From a virus (taxonomy: Duplodnaviria; Caudoviricetes): a stretch of DNA of 54,645 nt. A model generated the notes under the pieces. It was not told the origin of the DNA and ran no database searches. It worked only from the letters and a program-made list of their open reading frames with translations. The number at the start of each line of letters is the position of its first letter. Within the stretch, counting starts at the first letter, position 1. A program made the position numbers and the translations under genes. The stretch covers positions 1 through 54,645 of IMG/VR virus record IMGVR_UViG_3300048833_000212, one strand, 5' to 3'. Below, one piece after another: positions 18,887 through 29,606 of the stretch.

Positions 18887-19351
18887 ATGAGCCGAGACAA
18901 GAAGCCCAGTGACGCATACCGCAAGGTTGATCCATTCTACCTCACAGCAGAGTGGAGGAAGGTCCGTGCGCGCGTTCTGAAGCGCGATGGGATATGCGTG
19001 GAGTGCCACGTGGTTCCTTCCTCCCACTGCGACCATATCAAGCCGCGCCGTCTCTTCCCTGAACTGGAACTGGATGAGACCAACCTGAGAGGTCTGTGCG
19101 TCTCGTGCCACAACACGCGGTCTGCTCAGCAATACTCGCCCAACGCGATGGGCTGGGATGAGAACGGCGAGCCGCTGGACCCGACCCACCCATGGCACGC
19201 AGGCGAGAGTGCACGTGTGGTCATGCGCGGAAGGGATCGCGCCCCAGCAGGATGGCAGCAGCCTGCCCTGCGCGAGGCGATGGGCCGCGCTCCATCGGAG
19301 GAACCAGCCGAGACTGACGCGCCGTTCTTCTTCGTGCCGAAGGAGCCGTGA
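18887..19351 (+). CDS. HNH endonuclease (terminase-associated)
   Basis: WRKVRARVLKRDGICVEC...DHIKP...NLRGLCVSCHN..S; G.DENG.PLDP.HPW. Confidence 0.92.
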   Translation: MSRDKKPSDAYRKVDPFYLTAEWRKVRARVLKRDGICVECHVVPSSHCDHIKPRRLFPELELDETNLRGLCVSCHNTRSAQQYSPNAMGWDENGEPLDPTHPWHAGESARVVMRGRDRAPAGWQQPALREAMGRAPSEEPAETDAPFFFVPKEP

Positions 19352-19733
19352 TGGGACCGAACCAGCCTAGGATCGCTTGCCGTGGGCGAGGAAGCCTGCC
19401 TGTGGCTCCGGATGGGCGACGGGAAGCCGGAAGCCTCCGCAGCCTTCTACGCCCACCCCTGGCCATCCCTGCGGCGCTCCCCTCGCGAGCCGGCAGGCCT
19501 GGGCCGGCACCCCACCCTGCCTGCCGCCACGTAACCCAGGAAAGAGCTGGGCTTCCCAGCGTTGGCGCTCGCAAACCCAGGCAGGGCCTGGGGTTCAGAT
19601 CGTTCCGGGGGGGGTATGATCGAATGTTGTGCCCCACAGCCCAAACCGGCGGGGGGACACGATCCTTCACCATTCATGGTCCCGGAACCACCCTCTGTAA
19701 AAACACTCTCCTGATGGAATGTGAGAACTGATC

Positions 19734-20138
19734 ATGGACGGACGCCATTCCGAATTGACGTCATTTCACCAGTCGCTTTCGCTGGAACCGACACGGCCAC
19801 TGTCGGCGCGCGAGCAATTCCACTGGGACCGCATCATCAACTCCTTTCCAGCAGCATCATTCTGCGACGCTGACATGATCCTTCTCACATCGCTGGTGAA
19901 GGCCATCGTGCGGCTGGAGGAAGCGGAGGAAGCGGACCCGCCTCTGACAAGCGCCGTCATCCACCGATACTTCAACACCGTCAACCACATGATGCGCGCG
20001 CTTCGCCTCCACCGCAACGAGCGGAACACAAAGCCCAACGGAACATCGGGTGACGGCGCCGATCCCAACACTGCGATCCACGATGTGGCGCAGATGAAGA
20101 CGATTTCCTACAAAAGCCCATGGGCGCAGGACAATTGA
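19734..20138 (+). CDS. terS: terminase small subunit (probable)
   Basis: Lies between HNH and TerL; helical P27-like pattern (W..I...D..LL...LRL...R). Confidence 0.7.
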   Translation: MDGRHSELTSFHQSLSLEPTRPLSAREQFHWDRIINSFPAASFCDADMILLTSLVKAIVRLEEAEEADPPLTSAVIHRYFNTVNHMMRALRLHRNERNTKPNGTSGDGADPNTAIHDVAQMKTISYKSPWAQDN

Positions 20139-20140
20139 CG

Positions 20141-21733
20141 ATGAGTGCCACAGCGAAGAAGCCGCGCGGCGCCGCGAAGCCCATGGAACTCGCTGCGCCA
20201 TCATATGGCCAGTGGGAACCTCCGCCCGGCCAGACGCTCTATGATGCGATGATTCAGTTCATGGAGTCGCTGCGCATCCCGGAAGGCCCACTGCTCGGCC
20301 AGCCGTGGCAGCTGCTTCCATACCAGCGCAAGGCGATCCGCGCGCTGTGCGATCCGAATGTGCGACGAATCATCATCTCCATCCCACGGAAGAGCGGCAA
20401 GACAGCCTTCGCTGCAGCACTTCTGCTGGCGACAATCTGCGGTCCTCTCTCCCGCATCAACTCGCAGGTGTATTCTGCAGCGCGCTCCCGCGACCAGGCA
20501 TCGCTCGTGTTCAGCCTCGCAGTGAAAATCCGGAACATCACTGCGTGGATGACGCGTGAGGTGAAGGTCTTCCCCTCGCGCAAGGCTCTCACCGGCCTCC
20601 GCTACAATGTGGAGTATCGCGCACTGGCAGCTGATGCGCAGCGCGCACACGGTCTGTCTCCTGTTCTCGCAATCCACGATGAACTCGGACAGGTCAGTGG
20701 GCCAAGCGATGATCTGTATGATGCCATCGAGACAGCATTTGGCGCGCAGGCTTCGCCAAAGTCTATCATCATCAGCACACAGGCCGCAGAAGACCGCGAC
20801 TTGCTCAGCACTCTCATTGATGATGCCATCGCAGCAGGCGATCCTCGCACTGTGGTGATCCTCTATGCGGCAGACCGCAACGATGATCCATACAGCGAAG
20901 CCACATGGAAGAAATGCCATCCCGCATATGGCCTCTTCCGAAACCCAGAAGAGTTTCGTGAAGCAGCAGACCGCGCATCGCGGATGCCGTCAGCAGAGGT
21001 CGCCTTCCGCCGCTACTACCTCAACCAGCGCGTCACAGGCGACACTGGACTGGTGACGCCCACGATCTGGCGTGCCAACAATGGCGCTCCTGATGCTTCG
21101 CTCTTCATGGATGGTCGGAAGGTCTATGGCGGCCTGGACCTCTCCAGCAGCCAAGACCTCACCGCACTCGCGCTGGTGACGGAAGATGATGATGGCAACA
21201 CGCACGCTCTCATTCGCGCGTGGACGCCTGGCAACAGCCTGATAGAACGTGCGAAGCGCGACCGCGCCCCATACATCAGCTGGCGTGATCATGGCTTCCT
21301 CACCGTCACTCCCGGCGCCGTGGTGTCATATGATCACGTCGCACACGACATCATGTCGATCACTGATGGCATGAACCTCATCGCCATCGCATATGACCGC
21401 TGGCGCATCAAGGATTTTCTGAACAGCATGGAGAAGCAGGGCATTGAACTCCCGCTCACACCATGCGGCCAAGGCTATCGCGACATGAGCCCACGCGTGG
21501 ACGCGACTTTGGAGACGCTGCTCAACGAAAAGTTGCGACACGGAGGCAATCCAGTCTTGACTTTCGCTATGTCCTCCGCGACGCTCGCGCGCGATCCTGC
21601 CGGCAACCGCAAGCTGGACAAAGGTCGCGACAACGGTCGCATTGATCCGGCGCAGGCACTGGTCATGGCGATTGGCGAGATGAAGGTGAACAACAGCGAA
21701 GGTGACGGCGCAGCGCCGATCTTCGTGATGTAG
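20141..21733 (+). CDS. terL: terminase large subunit (cos/HK97-like)
   Basis: LLPYQ, IPRKSGKT, AIHDE, ISTQ, GGLDLS...DLTA, RIDPAQA. Confidence 0.95.
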   Translation: MSATAKKPRGAAKPMELAAPSYGQWEPPPGQTLYDAMIQFMESLRIPEGPLLGQPWQLLPYQRKAIRALCDPNVRRIIISIPRKSGKTAFAAALLLATICGPLSRINSQVYSAARSRDQASLVFSLAVKIRNITAWMTREVKVFPSRKALTGLRYNVEYRALAADAQRAHGLSPVLAIHDELGQVSGPSDDLYDAIETAFGAQASPKSIIISTQAAEDRDLLSTLIDDAIAAGDPRTVVILYAADRNDDPYSEATWKKCHPAYGLFRNPEEFREAADRASRMPSAEVAFRRYYLNQRVTGDTGLVTPTIWRANNGAPDASLFMDGRKVYGGLDLSSSQDLTALALVTEDDDGNTHALIRAWTPGNSLIERAKRDRAPYISWRDHGFLTVTPGAVVSYDHVAHDIMSITDGMNLIAIAYDRWRIKDFLNSMEKQGIELPLTPCGQGYRDMSPRVDATLETLLNEKLRHGGNPVLTFAMSSATLARDPAGNRKLDKGRDNGRIDPAQALVMAIGEMKVNNSEGDGAAPIFVM

Positions 21734-21751
21734 GTCAGGAGACGATGCGCG

Positions 21752-23701
21752 ATGCCGATGCCCGGAGCAAGTGATCCATCCAAGATGGGCTTCGTGCGCG
21801 CCACGCAGTCCAAGAGTGATCCGTGGACGTTCATCGCGTCCACCGAGACAGTGGACCGCTACGGTGACGTCATCCTCGCCAGCGGCTGGGACCTCCGCTG
21901 GTTCAAGAAGAACCCCATTGCCCTTTGGGCACACAATCACTCGCAGCCCATCGGCACGTGGGAAGATGTCCGCGTGGAGGAAGGCTCGCTGGTGGCGCGC
22001 CTGGAGATGGTGAAGGCTGGCGTGTCCTCCATCGCAGATATGGTGCGAGCCTTCGTTGAGCAGCGCGTCCTGCGCGCCGTCTCCGTGGGCTTCATCCCCA
22101 AGGCTGCGGAGCCGCGCCTGGACGCGAAGGGCAACCCGACTGGTGGCTATACGTTCACCAAATCGGAGTTGCTGGAAATTTCTGTCGTCTCCGTCCCTGC
22201 CAATCAGGAAGCATTGGCAGTCGGCAAGTCGGCAGGGATCGCTGAGAACGAAATCCACCATCTGCTCTCCAAGGTCGATGAGCCCTGGCGGAACTCGAAC
22301 ACCAGCATCATCCGACCGAAGAACTTCAACCCCACCATCAAGGGAACACCGAAGATGCCGACCCTCGCGGAACGGATCGCCCAGCGCGAAGCCGAAGTGG
22401 TCACGCTGCGTGACCAGGTGACGGAACTCTCCGCTGCTGATGCCGATGAGTCCAACGAGACCAGCGCGGCCGCGCTGACCGAAGCGACCCGCAAGCTGGA
22501 CGAAGCCACCGCCTCGCTGGAGCGGCTGAAGTCGGCGCAGGCGACGCTCGCGCGTTCCGCCGCTCCCGCGCAGCCGGTGGCCGGCGTCACCGCTTCCGGC
22601 GCCGCGACCGTCCCTGCGCAGCCGAAGGCGAAGGGCAAGCCGGGCGAGGCGCTGTTCAAGGCAGGCTTCGCGACCTTCCGCGCCATCGTGGAGCGCCGCA
22701 GCGTCGATGACGTGATCAAGGGCATGTATGGCGATGCGCCGGATGTCGCGATCATGGCCAATGCGAAGGCGGCCACCGCTGCCGCGCGCACGGATGCGCC
22801 GGGCTGGGCGCAGGAACTCGTGCAGGATCAGGTGGTGGGCTTCGCCACGCTGCTCGTGCCGATGTCCATCTGGGCCGCGTTCCCCGGCCTGTCGCTGACC
22901 TTCGGTGGCGAAGGCAAGATCATCCTGCCGGGTCGCGACTACACGAAGAACGTGAGCGGCGGCTTCGTGGGCGAAGGCGGCGCCATCCCGGTGAAGGCGG
23001 GTGCGACCCGCTCCGTCACCCTGACGCCCGACAAGGTGGCCGTGATCATCGCGCTGACTCGCGAACTCGCGCGCCGCTCCAGCCCGGCTGCGCTGCCGCT
23101 CTTCCAGCAGATGGTGCTGGAGGATACGTCCATGATGCTGGACACGCTGTTCCTCGACAACAGCGCGGCAGTGCCGAATGTCCGGCCTGCCGGCCTGCAG
23201 ACGCTCGCCACCGGCATCAACACGCGCGCCTCCAGCGGCGCCACGCTGCAGAACATCATCGCGGACATGAAGGCGATGGTCGCGCAGATGGGCACCAACC
23301 GCATGGGCCGCACGCCCGTGTGGGTGATGTCGGAAGCGAACCGGCTGGCGCTGGCGATGCTGACCAACGACCTCGGCCAGTTCATGTTCAAGGATGAAAT
23401 CGGCCAGGGCCGCATGTTCGGCTATCCCATCCTGTCCTCGCTGAACGTGCCGGCTGGCGTCGTGTTCCTCATCGACGCCAATGAGATCGCGAAGGCGGCG
23501 GAAGGTGCGCCGGCATTCGATGTCTCGGAGCAGGCGACGATCCACATGGACAGCGCGCCGAATGCCGAACTCGGCGGCGTCACCACCGGCCTCGTGTCGC
23601 TGTGGCAGACCGACCAGATGGGCCTGCGGATGATCTGGGACCTCACCTGGGGTGCGCGCCAGACCGGCGCTGTGCAGACGCTCACCGGCGTGGCCTGGTG
23701 A
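21752..23701 (+). CDS. prohead protease-major capsid protein fusion (HK97 fold)
   Basis: ASTETVDRYGD, LWAHN, VSVGF, LLEISVVSVPAN; then coiled-coil and capsid motifs (FVGEGGAIP, SLWQTDQMGLR). Confidence 0.93.
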   Translation: MPMPGASDPSKMGFVRATQSKSDPWTFIASTETVDRYGDVILASGWDLRWFKKNPIALWAHNHSQPIGTWEDVRVEEGSLVARLEMVKAGVSSIADMVRAFVEQRVLRAVSVGFIPKAAEPRLDAKGNPTGGYTFTKSELLEISVVSVPANQEALAVGKSAGIAENEIHHLLSKVDEPWRNSNTSIIRPKNFNPTIKGTPKMPTLAERIAQREAEVVTLRDQVTELSAADADESNETSAAALTEATRKLDEATASLERLKSAQATLARSAAPAQPVAGVTASGAATVPAQPKAKGKPGEALFKAGFATFRAIVERRSVDDVIKGMYGDAPDVAIMANAKAATAAARTDAPGWAQELVQDQVVGFATLLVPMSIWAAFPGLSLTFGGEGKIILPGRDYTKNVSGGFVGEGGAIPVKAGATRSVTLTPDKVAVIIALTRELARRSSPAALPLFQQMVLEDTSMMLDTLFLDNSAAVPNVRPAGLQTLATGINTRASSGATLQNIIADMKAMVAQMGTNRMGRTPVWVMSEANRLALAMLTNDLGQFMFKDEIGQGRMFGYPILSSLNVPAGVVFLIDANEIAKAAEGAPAFDVSEQATIHMDSAPNAELGGVTTGLVSLWQTDQMGLRMIWDLTWGARQTGAVQTLTGVAW

Positions 23702-23707
23702 TCAATC

Positions 23708-23735
23708 GGCTCCCGGCAGACCTCTGCCGGGAGCC
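23708..23735 (+). terminator. 12-bp hairpin after the capsid gene (terminator or mRNA stabiliser)
   Basis: GGCTCCCGGCAG-ACCT-CTGCCGGGAGCC; no U tract. Confidence 0.55.
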
Positions 23736-23767
23736 ACCCGCCTCCAGAACCTCGCGAGGATTGTGCC

Positions 23768-24487
23768 ATGACCGTCGCTCCCTTCCTTCCCCGCCACGGT
23801 GTGGCATACATCCCCCGCCCGCATCTCGGCATTGTCGCGACCGCTGCCGGCGCAGGCGCAGTCGATGTGAAGGTGGAGAACATCACTGCTGGTCTTTCGG
23901 ACAGCACTGTGACCCTTCGCGTCTTCGACCCGGATGGCGTTCTGGTGCATGATGTGAACACCGTCGCAGCCATCGCATCGACGGAAGTGGAGTTCAGCGG
24001 AATCACCATCGCGAAGGCAGGGCCGCACCGCGTGGAGGCGCTGACCAGCCTCGGCCAGATCGGCCGCATGCTGGTGGACAGCGCGGCTCCCGCTGCGGTG
24101 ACATTCGTCAGCATCAGCCCGACCACGGTGGACGCAGGCGTCCACCAGTTTGTCATCACGGGCACCAACATCACTCCGGACTACCTCGTGTGGCCGACGA
24201 TGGTGCCAGGCCCGACCGATGCTGTCTATACGCCAACCAGCATCACCTTCACCCTGGACTACACCGGTCAGGCAGGGCAGAATGATTCCATCAACATGCG
24301 GAAGGATAGCGCAAATGTGCATCTCTTCCAGATGCCTGTGACTGCTGCTGCGCTGAAGGCGCCTTCCGGCACCGACACGACCGCAGGCGCAGGCGGCACC
24401 GACACGACCGCAGGTGCGGCTCCCGCTCCCCCTCCAGCGGCTGCTCCCCTCTCCGCCCGCACCACCCGCAAGGTCGCTCCGAAGTGA
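23768..24487 (+). CDS. beta-rich (Ig-like) probable virion decoration protein
   Basis: SISPTT...FVITGTN IPT/TIG-like motif; repeated GTDTTAGA tail. Confidence 0.6.
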   Translation: MTVAPFLPRHGVAYIPRPHLGIVATAAGAGAVDVKVENITAGLSDSTVTLRVFDPDGVLVHDVNTVAAIASTEVEFSGITIAKAGPHRVEALTSLGQIGRMLVDSAAPAAVTFVSISPTTVDAGVHQFVITGTNITPDYLVWPTMVPGPTDAVYTPTSITFTLDYTGQAGQNDSINMRKDSANVHLFQMPVTAAALKAPSGTDTTAGAGGTDTTAGAAPAPPPAAAPLSARTTRKVAPK

Positions 24488-24675
24488 AGGGCAGGCGGAG
24501 GTTCCTGGACCCTGCCGAGCAGGAAGCCCAGGAAATCTTCGCCAAGGCGAAGGCGGAGCGCGAGGCGCGCGCCGCACGTCTGGCAAAGATGCGTGACCAG
24601 CATTCGGGTGCAGATCGCGCAGAAGAGCGCGGCACCTATCTGGACAGGGAGATGAGGAATGTCCGCCGCCCGTGA
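24484..24675 (+). CDS. small hypothetical protein before the portal
   Basis: GTGA overlap; ends TYLDREM. Confidence 0.6.
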   Translation: MKGRRRFLDPAEQEAQEIFAKAKAEREARAARLAKMRDQHSGADRAEERGTYLDREMRNVRRP

Positions 24676-27253
24676 CGGTCTTCGCGGCGCCGCGTCGCGG
24701 GCTGTGTCTGCTCTTCGTCGCTCGCTCCTGAATGGCATCGGTCGCCTGCCGCAGTCCTTCCCTGTCAACTGGTGGCAGCTGGGGATGGATGCCAACATTG
24801 GCGGCGGGTCGCCTGCGATGGAGGCGTGCGTCAGCGCCATCTCGCAGACACTCGCCTCGCTCCCCATCGAGCACTGGCAGAAGGATGCGGATGGCGGCCA
24901 GACGCTGCTGACGAATAGCGTCGCAGCGCGCGTGCTCCGCCGCCCGAACAACTACCAGACGCGCGCAGACTTCTTCCTGAACCTCTCCCGCAATGAACTG
25001 CTGGAGGGGAATGGCTATGCCGTCGCGCTGGACAATGGCGACTTCCAGATTGAAAGCCTCCACATCGCTTCGTCGCCCACGACGATGCCGATGGTGGCGC
25101 CTGATGGAACGGTCTTCTACAACGTCGCACTGTCTGACATTGGCGCCGGCATCTTCAAGCAGCCGACGATCATGGTGCCGCAGGAGCGCATGCTGCACAT
25201 TCGGATGCAGACGCCACGGCACCCGCTGATCGGTGAGTCGCCAATCGTCGCAGCCGCACTCGCTGTCTCTTCTGGCGAGGCGATCCAGGCCCACCTGGCA
25301 GCGTTCTTCAAGAACATGTCCCGTCCATCCGGCTATCTGAAGGTGCCCGGCACCATCAGGGCGGAGGTCGGTGAGAAGCTGCGCGAGGAATGGCAGAAAG
25401 CATTCAGCGCTGGCGGCGCCGGGCGGGTGGCTGTCCTCCAGCAGGGGCTGGAGTGGACCTCGCTCACGATGAACGCAGTGGACGCTGCACTCATCGACAG
25501 CTACAAGATGACGGTGTCCGATATTGCGCGCGTCTATCGCGTGCCGCTCGCCATCATCGGAGAGAGTGGCGGCACAACCTATGCGAACACCGAGACGCTG
25601 ATCAACCACTGGCTGGCCACCGGCCTGTCATATGTGGTGGAGCACATCGAACTCGCGCTGGATCGTCTCTTCAATCTGCCGCCTGACCAGTTCATCTCCT
25701 TCGATCTGGATGCGCTGCTGCGCTCCGATTTCGCAGCGCGTGTCGATGCTCTGACGAAGGGCATCAGCGGAGGTCTGTTCAGCCCCAACGAAGCGCGTGG
25801 CCGGGAAGGCCTGCGGCGTGCGACGGCAGGCGATGAGCCGCGCCTCCAGGCGCAGGTTGTGCCGCTGTCCTTCGCGACGATGACCAACAAGCCTGCGGCG
25901 CCATCGATGCCTTCGGCTCCTGCTGCAGGGAAGGAAATCGAAGAGCATCTGACGCGCGCTCTGGACACTGCGCTGAACGAGTTTGGCGAAGCACTCACCC
26001 TGGCGACGGAAGAACTGCGCACGGAGGCGAAAGCCTTCATGACGAAGGATGAGGGTGCGCTGCTGGAGGCGCGTCTCGCAGCCGCCACTGCGGAGCGCGC
26101 GACCTCCGCCATGACCGCCATCAACGAGATGATGGCGCGCTTCATCGATGGCGCCATGCGCACCCCTCCACAAGGGGAGCGCGGCCTGCCGGGTGAGCGC
26201 GGTGAGAAGGGCGATCCAGGGGAGCGCGGGGAGCGTGGTGACCTTGGGGAGCGCGGGGAGAAGGGGGAGGCTGGCGAGCGAGGGGCTGACGGCGCGCCAG
26301 GGATGGCCGGGGAGCCTGGTCCGAAGGGCGAGCCGGGGGAGAGGGGCGCGCCGGGGGAGAAGGGTGCGGACGGGCTTCCCGGCCCAGCCGGGGAGAAGGG
26401 TGAGCGCGGGGAGCGCGGGGAGCCGGGTGAGCGCGGCCTGGACGGCGCGCCAGGGATGGCCGGGGAGCCTGGTCTGAAGGGCGAGACAGGGGAGAGGGGC
26501 GCACCGGGTGCAGACGGGCTTCCTGGCCCAGCCGGGGAGCGCGGGGAGAAGGGTGAGCGCGGGGAGCCGGGTGAGCGCGGGGAGCGCGGCGCTGATGGCT
26601 CCTTCGCGAGCGTCAGCACCTGGAAGCCGGATCATGTCTGGCGCGGTGCTGGTCACCTCGTGATCCATGAGTCGAGCACCTGGACTGCTGTGGCTGATCC
26701 CGAAGGCGCGGCGCCGGGGAGTGATGACCGCTGGCGCTGCGTCGCTGCCGGCATCTCTTCCATCCAGGCAGAGCAGGATGCGGACGATCCACGCATCATC
26801 ACGCTGGGCTTCCGTCTCGGCGCGACCGAAGTGCATGAGATGCGCTTCGCAATCCCTGCGCTGGTGTTCCGTGGGCTCTTCGATCAGTCGAAGAGTTACA
26901 GCATTGGCGATGTCGTGACCTTCAACGGGAGCAGCTGGGCTGCGCTGCGCGAGGTCGCAGGCGACATGCCGGGGAACTCCGATGCGTGGGCCCTGTCTGC
27001 CAAGCACGGTCGCGTGGGCCGCACAGGCGAACAGGGAGCCATTGGCCCAGCCGGTCCTGCCGGCGCCGTGGGCCCTGCCGCTGCAGGCATCATCGAGATG
27101 ATGGTGGAAGATGGATCGCTTGTCGTCATGATGAGCGATGGGGACGTGAAGACGATCCCCATTCCAGAGTTCACGCAAATGCGCAGTCGCCTCGACAGCA
27201 TTGAGCGTTGGCTGGGTGATGCATATGCGCGACGCGAGAGGGGAACCGAGTGA
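24659..27253 (+). CDS. HK97-family portal fused to collagen-like and CBM-like domains
   Basis: [38 protein letters not shown]; 47 G-X-Y triplets; [14 protein letters not shown]. Confidence 0.9.
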   Translation: MSAARDGLRGAASRAVSALRRSLLNGIGRLPQSFPVNWWQLGMDANIGGGSPAMEACVSAISQTLASLPIEHWQKDADGGQTLLTNSVAARVLRRPNNYQTRADFFLNLSRNELLEGNGYAVALDNGDFQIESLHIASSPTTMPMVAPDGTVFYNVALSDIGAGIFKQPTIMVPQERMLHIRMQTPRHPLIGESPIVAAALAVSSGEAIQAHLAAFFKNMSRPSGYLKVPGTIRAEVGEKLREEWQKAFSAGGAGRVAVLQQGLEWTSLTMNAVDAALIDSYKMTVSDIARVYRVPLAIIGESGGTTYANTETLINHWLATGLSYVVEHIELALDRLFNLPPDQFISFDLDALLRSDFAARVDALTKGISGGLFSPNEARGREGLRRATAGDEPRLQAQVVPLSFATMTNKPAAPSMPSAPAAGKEIEEHLTRALDTALNEFGEALTLATEELRTEAKAFMTKDEGALLEARLAAATAERATSAMTAINEMMARFIDGAMRTPPQGERGLPGERGEKGDPGERGERGDLGERGEKGEAGERGADGAPGMAGEPGPKGEPGERGAPGEKGADGLPGPAGEKGERGERGEPGERGLDGAPGMAGEPGLKGETGERGAPGADGLPGPAGERGEKGERGEPGERGERGADGSFASVSTWKPDHVWRGAGHLVIHESSTWTAVADPEGAAPGSDDRWRCVAAGISSIQAEQDADDPRIITLGFRLGATEVHEMRFAIPALVFRGLFDQSKSYSIGDVVTFNGSSWAALREVAGDMPGNSDAWALSAKHGRVGRTGEQGAIGPAGPAGAVGPAAAGIIEMMVEDGSLVVMMSDGDVKTIPIPEFTQMRSRLDSIERWLGDAYARRERGTE
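26174..26599 (+). repeat. collagen-like Gly-X-Y coding repeat
   Basis: 47 uninterrupted triplets ([12 protein letters not shown]...). Confidence 0.95.
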
Positions 27254-27909
27254 TGGCCAGCTTCCCTGAAGTCACGCTTCCTGATCCTCTCCCTCCGCTT
27301 CTCAGCGCGACTCAGCTGCGGAGCCTGCTGGGGCTTGGCGCCAGCGATCCGCCAACTGATGAGCAGCTGACATTCGTGTCGGAGGTCGCATCCGCATCCA
27401 TCCGTGGAAACATCGGCAGGTCGCTCACGCTGGCAGACTACATTGACACGTTCTATGACATTGATCCTTCCGGCATGCTGTCGCTGTCGGAGTATCCTGT
27501 GAAGGATATCACAGAGGTCGATGTCAGCGGCGTCACCCATCCTGGCGATACCTTCCGTGTCCACGCGAAGACCGGCATTCTGTATGCGCCATCCTCCTTC
27601 ACCGTTGGCGATCCGGTGGTTGTGAAGTATGAGGCAGGCTATGCGACGATCCCGCATGACATCCAGGCGGTGATGCTGGAACTATCTCGCCAGCAGCTTC
27701 ACTCCATGGGCCTCCCGAATGGCGCTGTGGATATCAATACACCCATCCGCGCCGTCTCCATCGGTGCGCTGCGCGTGGAGTATGCGGTGTCCCTCACCGC
27801 ATCCGCGACGAAGGGTGCGCAAGCATCGGTGCTGACCTCCATCCTGAAGGAATATGAGGCGACGCTCCAGCCATATCGCCACTCGCGCATCCTGGCGTCT
27901 GTGCCATGA
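27253..27909 (+). CDS. head-tail adaptor
   Basis: LSEYPV..I, V.YEAGY..IPHDIQ; follows the portal. Confidence 0.8.
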   Translation: MASFPEVTLPDPLPPLLSATQLRSLLGLGASDPPTDEQLTFVSEVASASIRGNIGRSLTLADYIDTFYDIDPSGMLSLSEYPVKDITEVDVSGVTHPGDTFRVHAKTGILYAPSSFTVGDPVVVKYEAGYATIPHDIQAVMLELSRQQLHSMGLPNGAVDINTPIRAVSIGALRVEYAVSLTASATKGAQASVLTSILKEYEATLQPYRHSRILASVP

Positions 27910-28229
27910 GCATCGTCCTGCCTGCCGACCTCGCCCAGCGCCTGAAGGGCATACTGGCAGCCTTCGGGGAGCCGGTCACCTACACGTCTCCGGACGGCAG
28001 TGTGACGTGGACAGCAATGGCTTCCATCCAGTCGCCTGTCGCAGCTGGTCTGGTTGGCGACATTGATCAGGATGCGATGATCCTCTTCATCTCGGCTCTG
28101 GATGTCCCGGTCGCTCCCGTGAAGATGGGCACATTCCTCGTGCGCAGCATCCGACGCACCATTGAAGATGTGGTGCTGGAGACACCTGGCGGAAGCCCAA
28201 CCAACTACATGGTGAGGGCACGCGGATGA
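27906..28229 (+). CDS. head closure / head-tail joining protein
   Basis: FGEPVTY motif, size and position. Confidence 0.7.
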   Translation: MSIVLPADLAQRLKGILAAFGEPVTYTSPDGSVTWTAMASIQSPVAAGLVGDIDQDAMILFISALDVPVAPVKMGTFLVRSIRRTIEDVVLETPGGSPTNYMVRARG

Positions 28230-28648
28230 GTTCCTTGACGGTTCGCTCTGCCTTCCGCACCGGATGGCCGCTGGTTATGCCGAGCATTCCATTCGTGGAG
28301 TCCATCAATGTCCCAATGTCAGATGCGGACATTGAGGCACTGCCAGACATCTGGGGATCGCTCGCCTTCACTGCGGACAGCAACGCTCCTGTCACCATGG
28401 GCACCAGGCCATGGTATGAAGAGACAGGCACAGCATCCATCTTCTTGATGGGGCGATCCGGTGACGGAGACAATCCGGTTTCGGCTGCCGCTGAAGAAGC
28501 GTATGCTTCGTGGCGCGCATGGATCAATCCGACAGGAAACGTCTGGGTGCGCAACGCATCTGGGCCGCGTCCTCTCTCTGATGCTATCGTGGGCAACTGG
28601 CTGGTGCTCACGGTGGACCTATCATACGCCTTCCAGCACCGGCCATAG
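28226..28648 (+). CDS. tail terminator protein
   Basis: EETG...I.L....G.G pattern; precedes the tail tube gene. Confidence 0.65.
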   Translation: MSSLTVRSAFRTGWPLVMPSIPFVESINVPMSDADIEALPDIWGSLAFTADSNAPVTMGTRPWYEETGTASIFLMGRSGDGDNPVSAAAEEAYASWRAWINPTGNVWVRNASGPRPLSDAIVGNWLVLTVDLSYAFQHRP

Positions 28649-28659
28649 GAGGTCACATC

Positions 28660-29313
28660 ATGGCGCGCGAAAGCACCATTGGCTCGTTCTTCTTCCTGGA
28701 GAACCTCGACACCGTCGCAGTGTCGCAGGCCTTCAGTGCCGTCACGAAGGGACCCACCACGTCCCTCACCGTTGCTGCCGCACTCGCGGGCGCGGCGCCG
28801 GGGAAGTGGGTCCGGATCGCCGGCAGCGACATGCGCACGCTGGATCGCGCAGCGCCGCATCGCGTCATCAGCGCCTCCGCCTCCGCCATCGTGGTGGCGA
28901 CGGACACCAGCGATGAGACGGTCACCGCGACTGCCGGCACGGTGGAACTGGTGGACTTCGTGGAGACGTGCTTCACCGAGTTTACGCCCAACTCCCCGGA
29001 GCCGGGCGAGGTCGATGTGACCACGATGTGCGACACGGAGCGCCGCACCGTCGCAGGGCTGAGCAGCCCTGGCAGCGTCTCGTTCGGTGGGCCGCTCGAC
29101 ATGACCGACACCGGCGTGCTCGCGCTGATCGCAGCGCGGAAGGATGGCCTGGTGCGCGCCATGTATTGGCAGACGCGCGGCGGGCAGGCCGCATCGATGG
29201 CCGGGCAGGTGTCCTCCTTCGTGGGTGCGCCGCAGGCGGTGGAAGCTGCGGTGACCTTCTCCGGCACCTTCCAAATCCAGGATGGTCCGTTCTATCACGC
29301 GCCGCTCGCCTGA
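28660..29313 (+). CDS. major tail tube protein
   Basis: PGEVDVTTMCD...GLSSPG; AGGAGG RBS. Confidence 0.85.
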   Translation: MARESTIGSFFFLENLDTVAVSQAFSAVTKGPTTSLTVAAALAGAAPGKWVRIAGSDMRTLDRAAPHRVISASASAIVVATDTSDETVTATAGTVELVDFVETCFTEFTPNSPEPGEVDVTTMCDTERRTVAGLSSPGSVSFGGPLDMTDTGVLALIAARKDGLVRAMYWQTRGGQAASMAGQVSSFVGAPQAVEAAVTFSGTFQIQDGPFYHAPLA

Positions 29314-29606
29314 TGCTGCGCGAGGTCGAAGTGAGCGCGCCATCCTGGCAGGAAGGGATGACGCGCGTGCGCGAGCCGAGGGTGAAAGATTTCCTCGCGG
29401 CTCGCGCTGTGACCGATGAGCAGGAGCGCACCGTGCTCATGCTTGGCTCAATGGTCCTGGACAAGGACGGGAAGCCGGTCGGCAAGGATGCGATCCTGGA
29501 AGGGTCGGTGGCGGCGCTGGAAGAACTCAGCGCTGTCATCCCGCAGCTGCTGAGCCGGAAGAAGGAGGGGGATGCTGGTGCCCCTTTGACGCAACCGAGC
29601 GACTGA
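29313..29606 (+). CDS. tail assembly chaperone (gpG-like)
   Basis: TGATG overlap; ends in a slippery site. Confidence 0.8.
   Translation: MLREVEVSAPSWQEGMTRVREPRVKDFLAARAVTDEQERTVLMLGSMVLDKDGKPVGKDAILEGSVAALEELSAVIPQLLSRKKEGDAGAPLTQPSD
29582..29588 (+). other. programmed -1 frameshift site C CCT TTG
   Basis: X XXY YYZ heptamer. The -1 frame (PFDATERLSFKIAQALGM...) is open into 29633-29932. Confidence 0.85.

Noticed and set aside
19348-19731. 127-aa ORF between HNH and terS
   Set aside because: Low-complexity Arg/Pro/Gly translation of GC-rich DNA; more likely the non-coding cos region.
21326-27178. Long antisense ORFs (739, 635, 516 aa)
   Set aside because: Shadow frames opposite well-supported structural genes in high-GC DNA.
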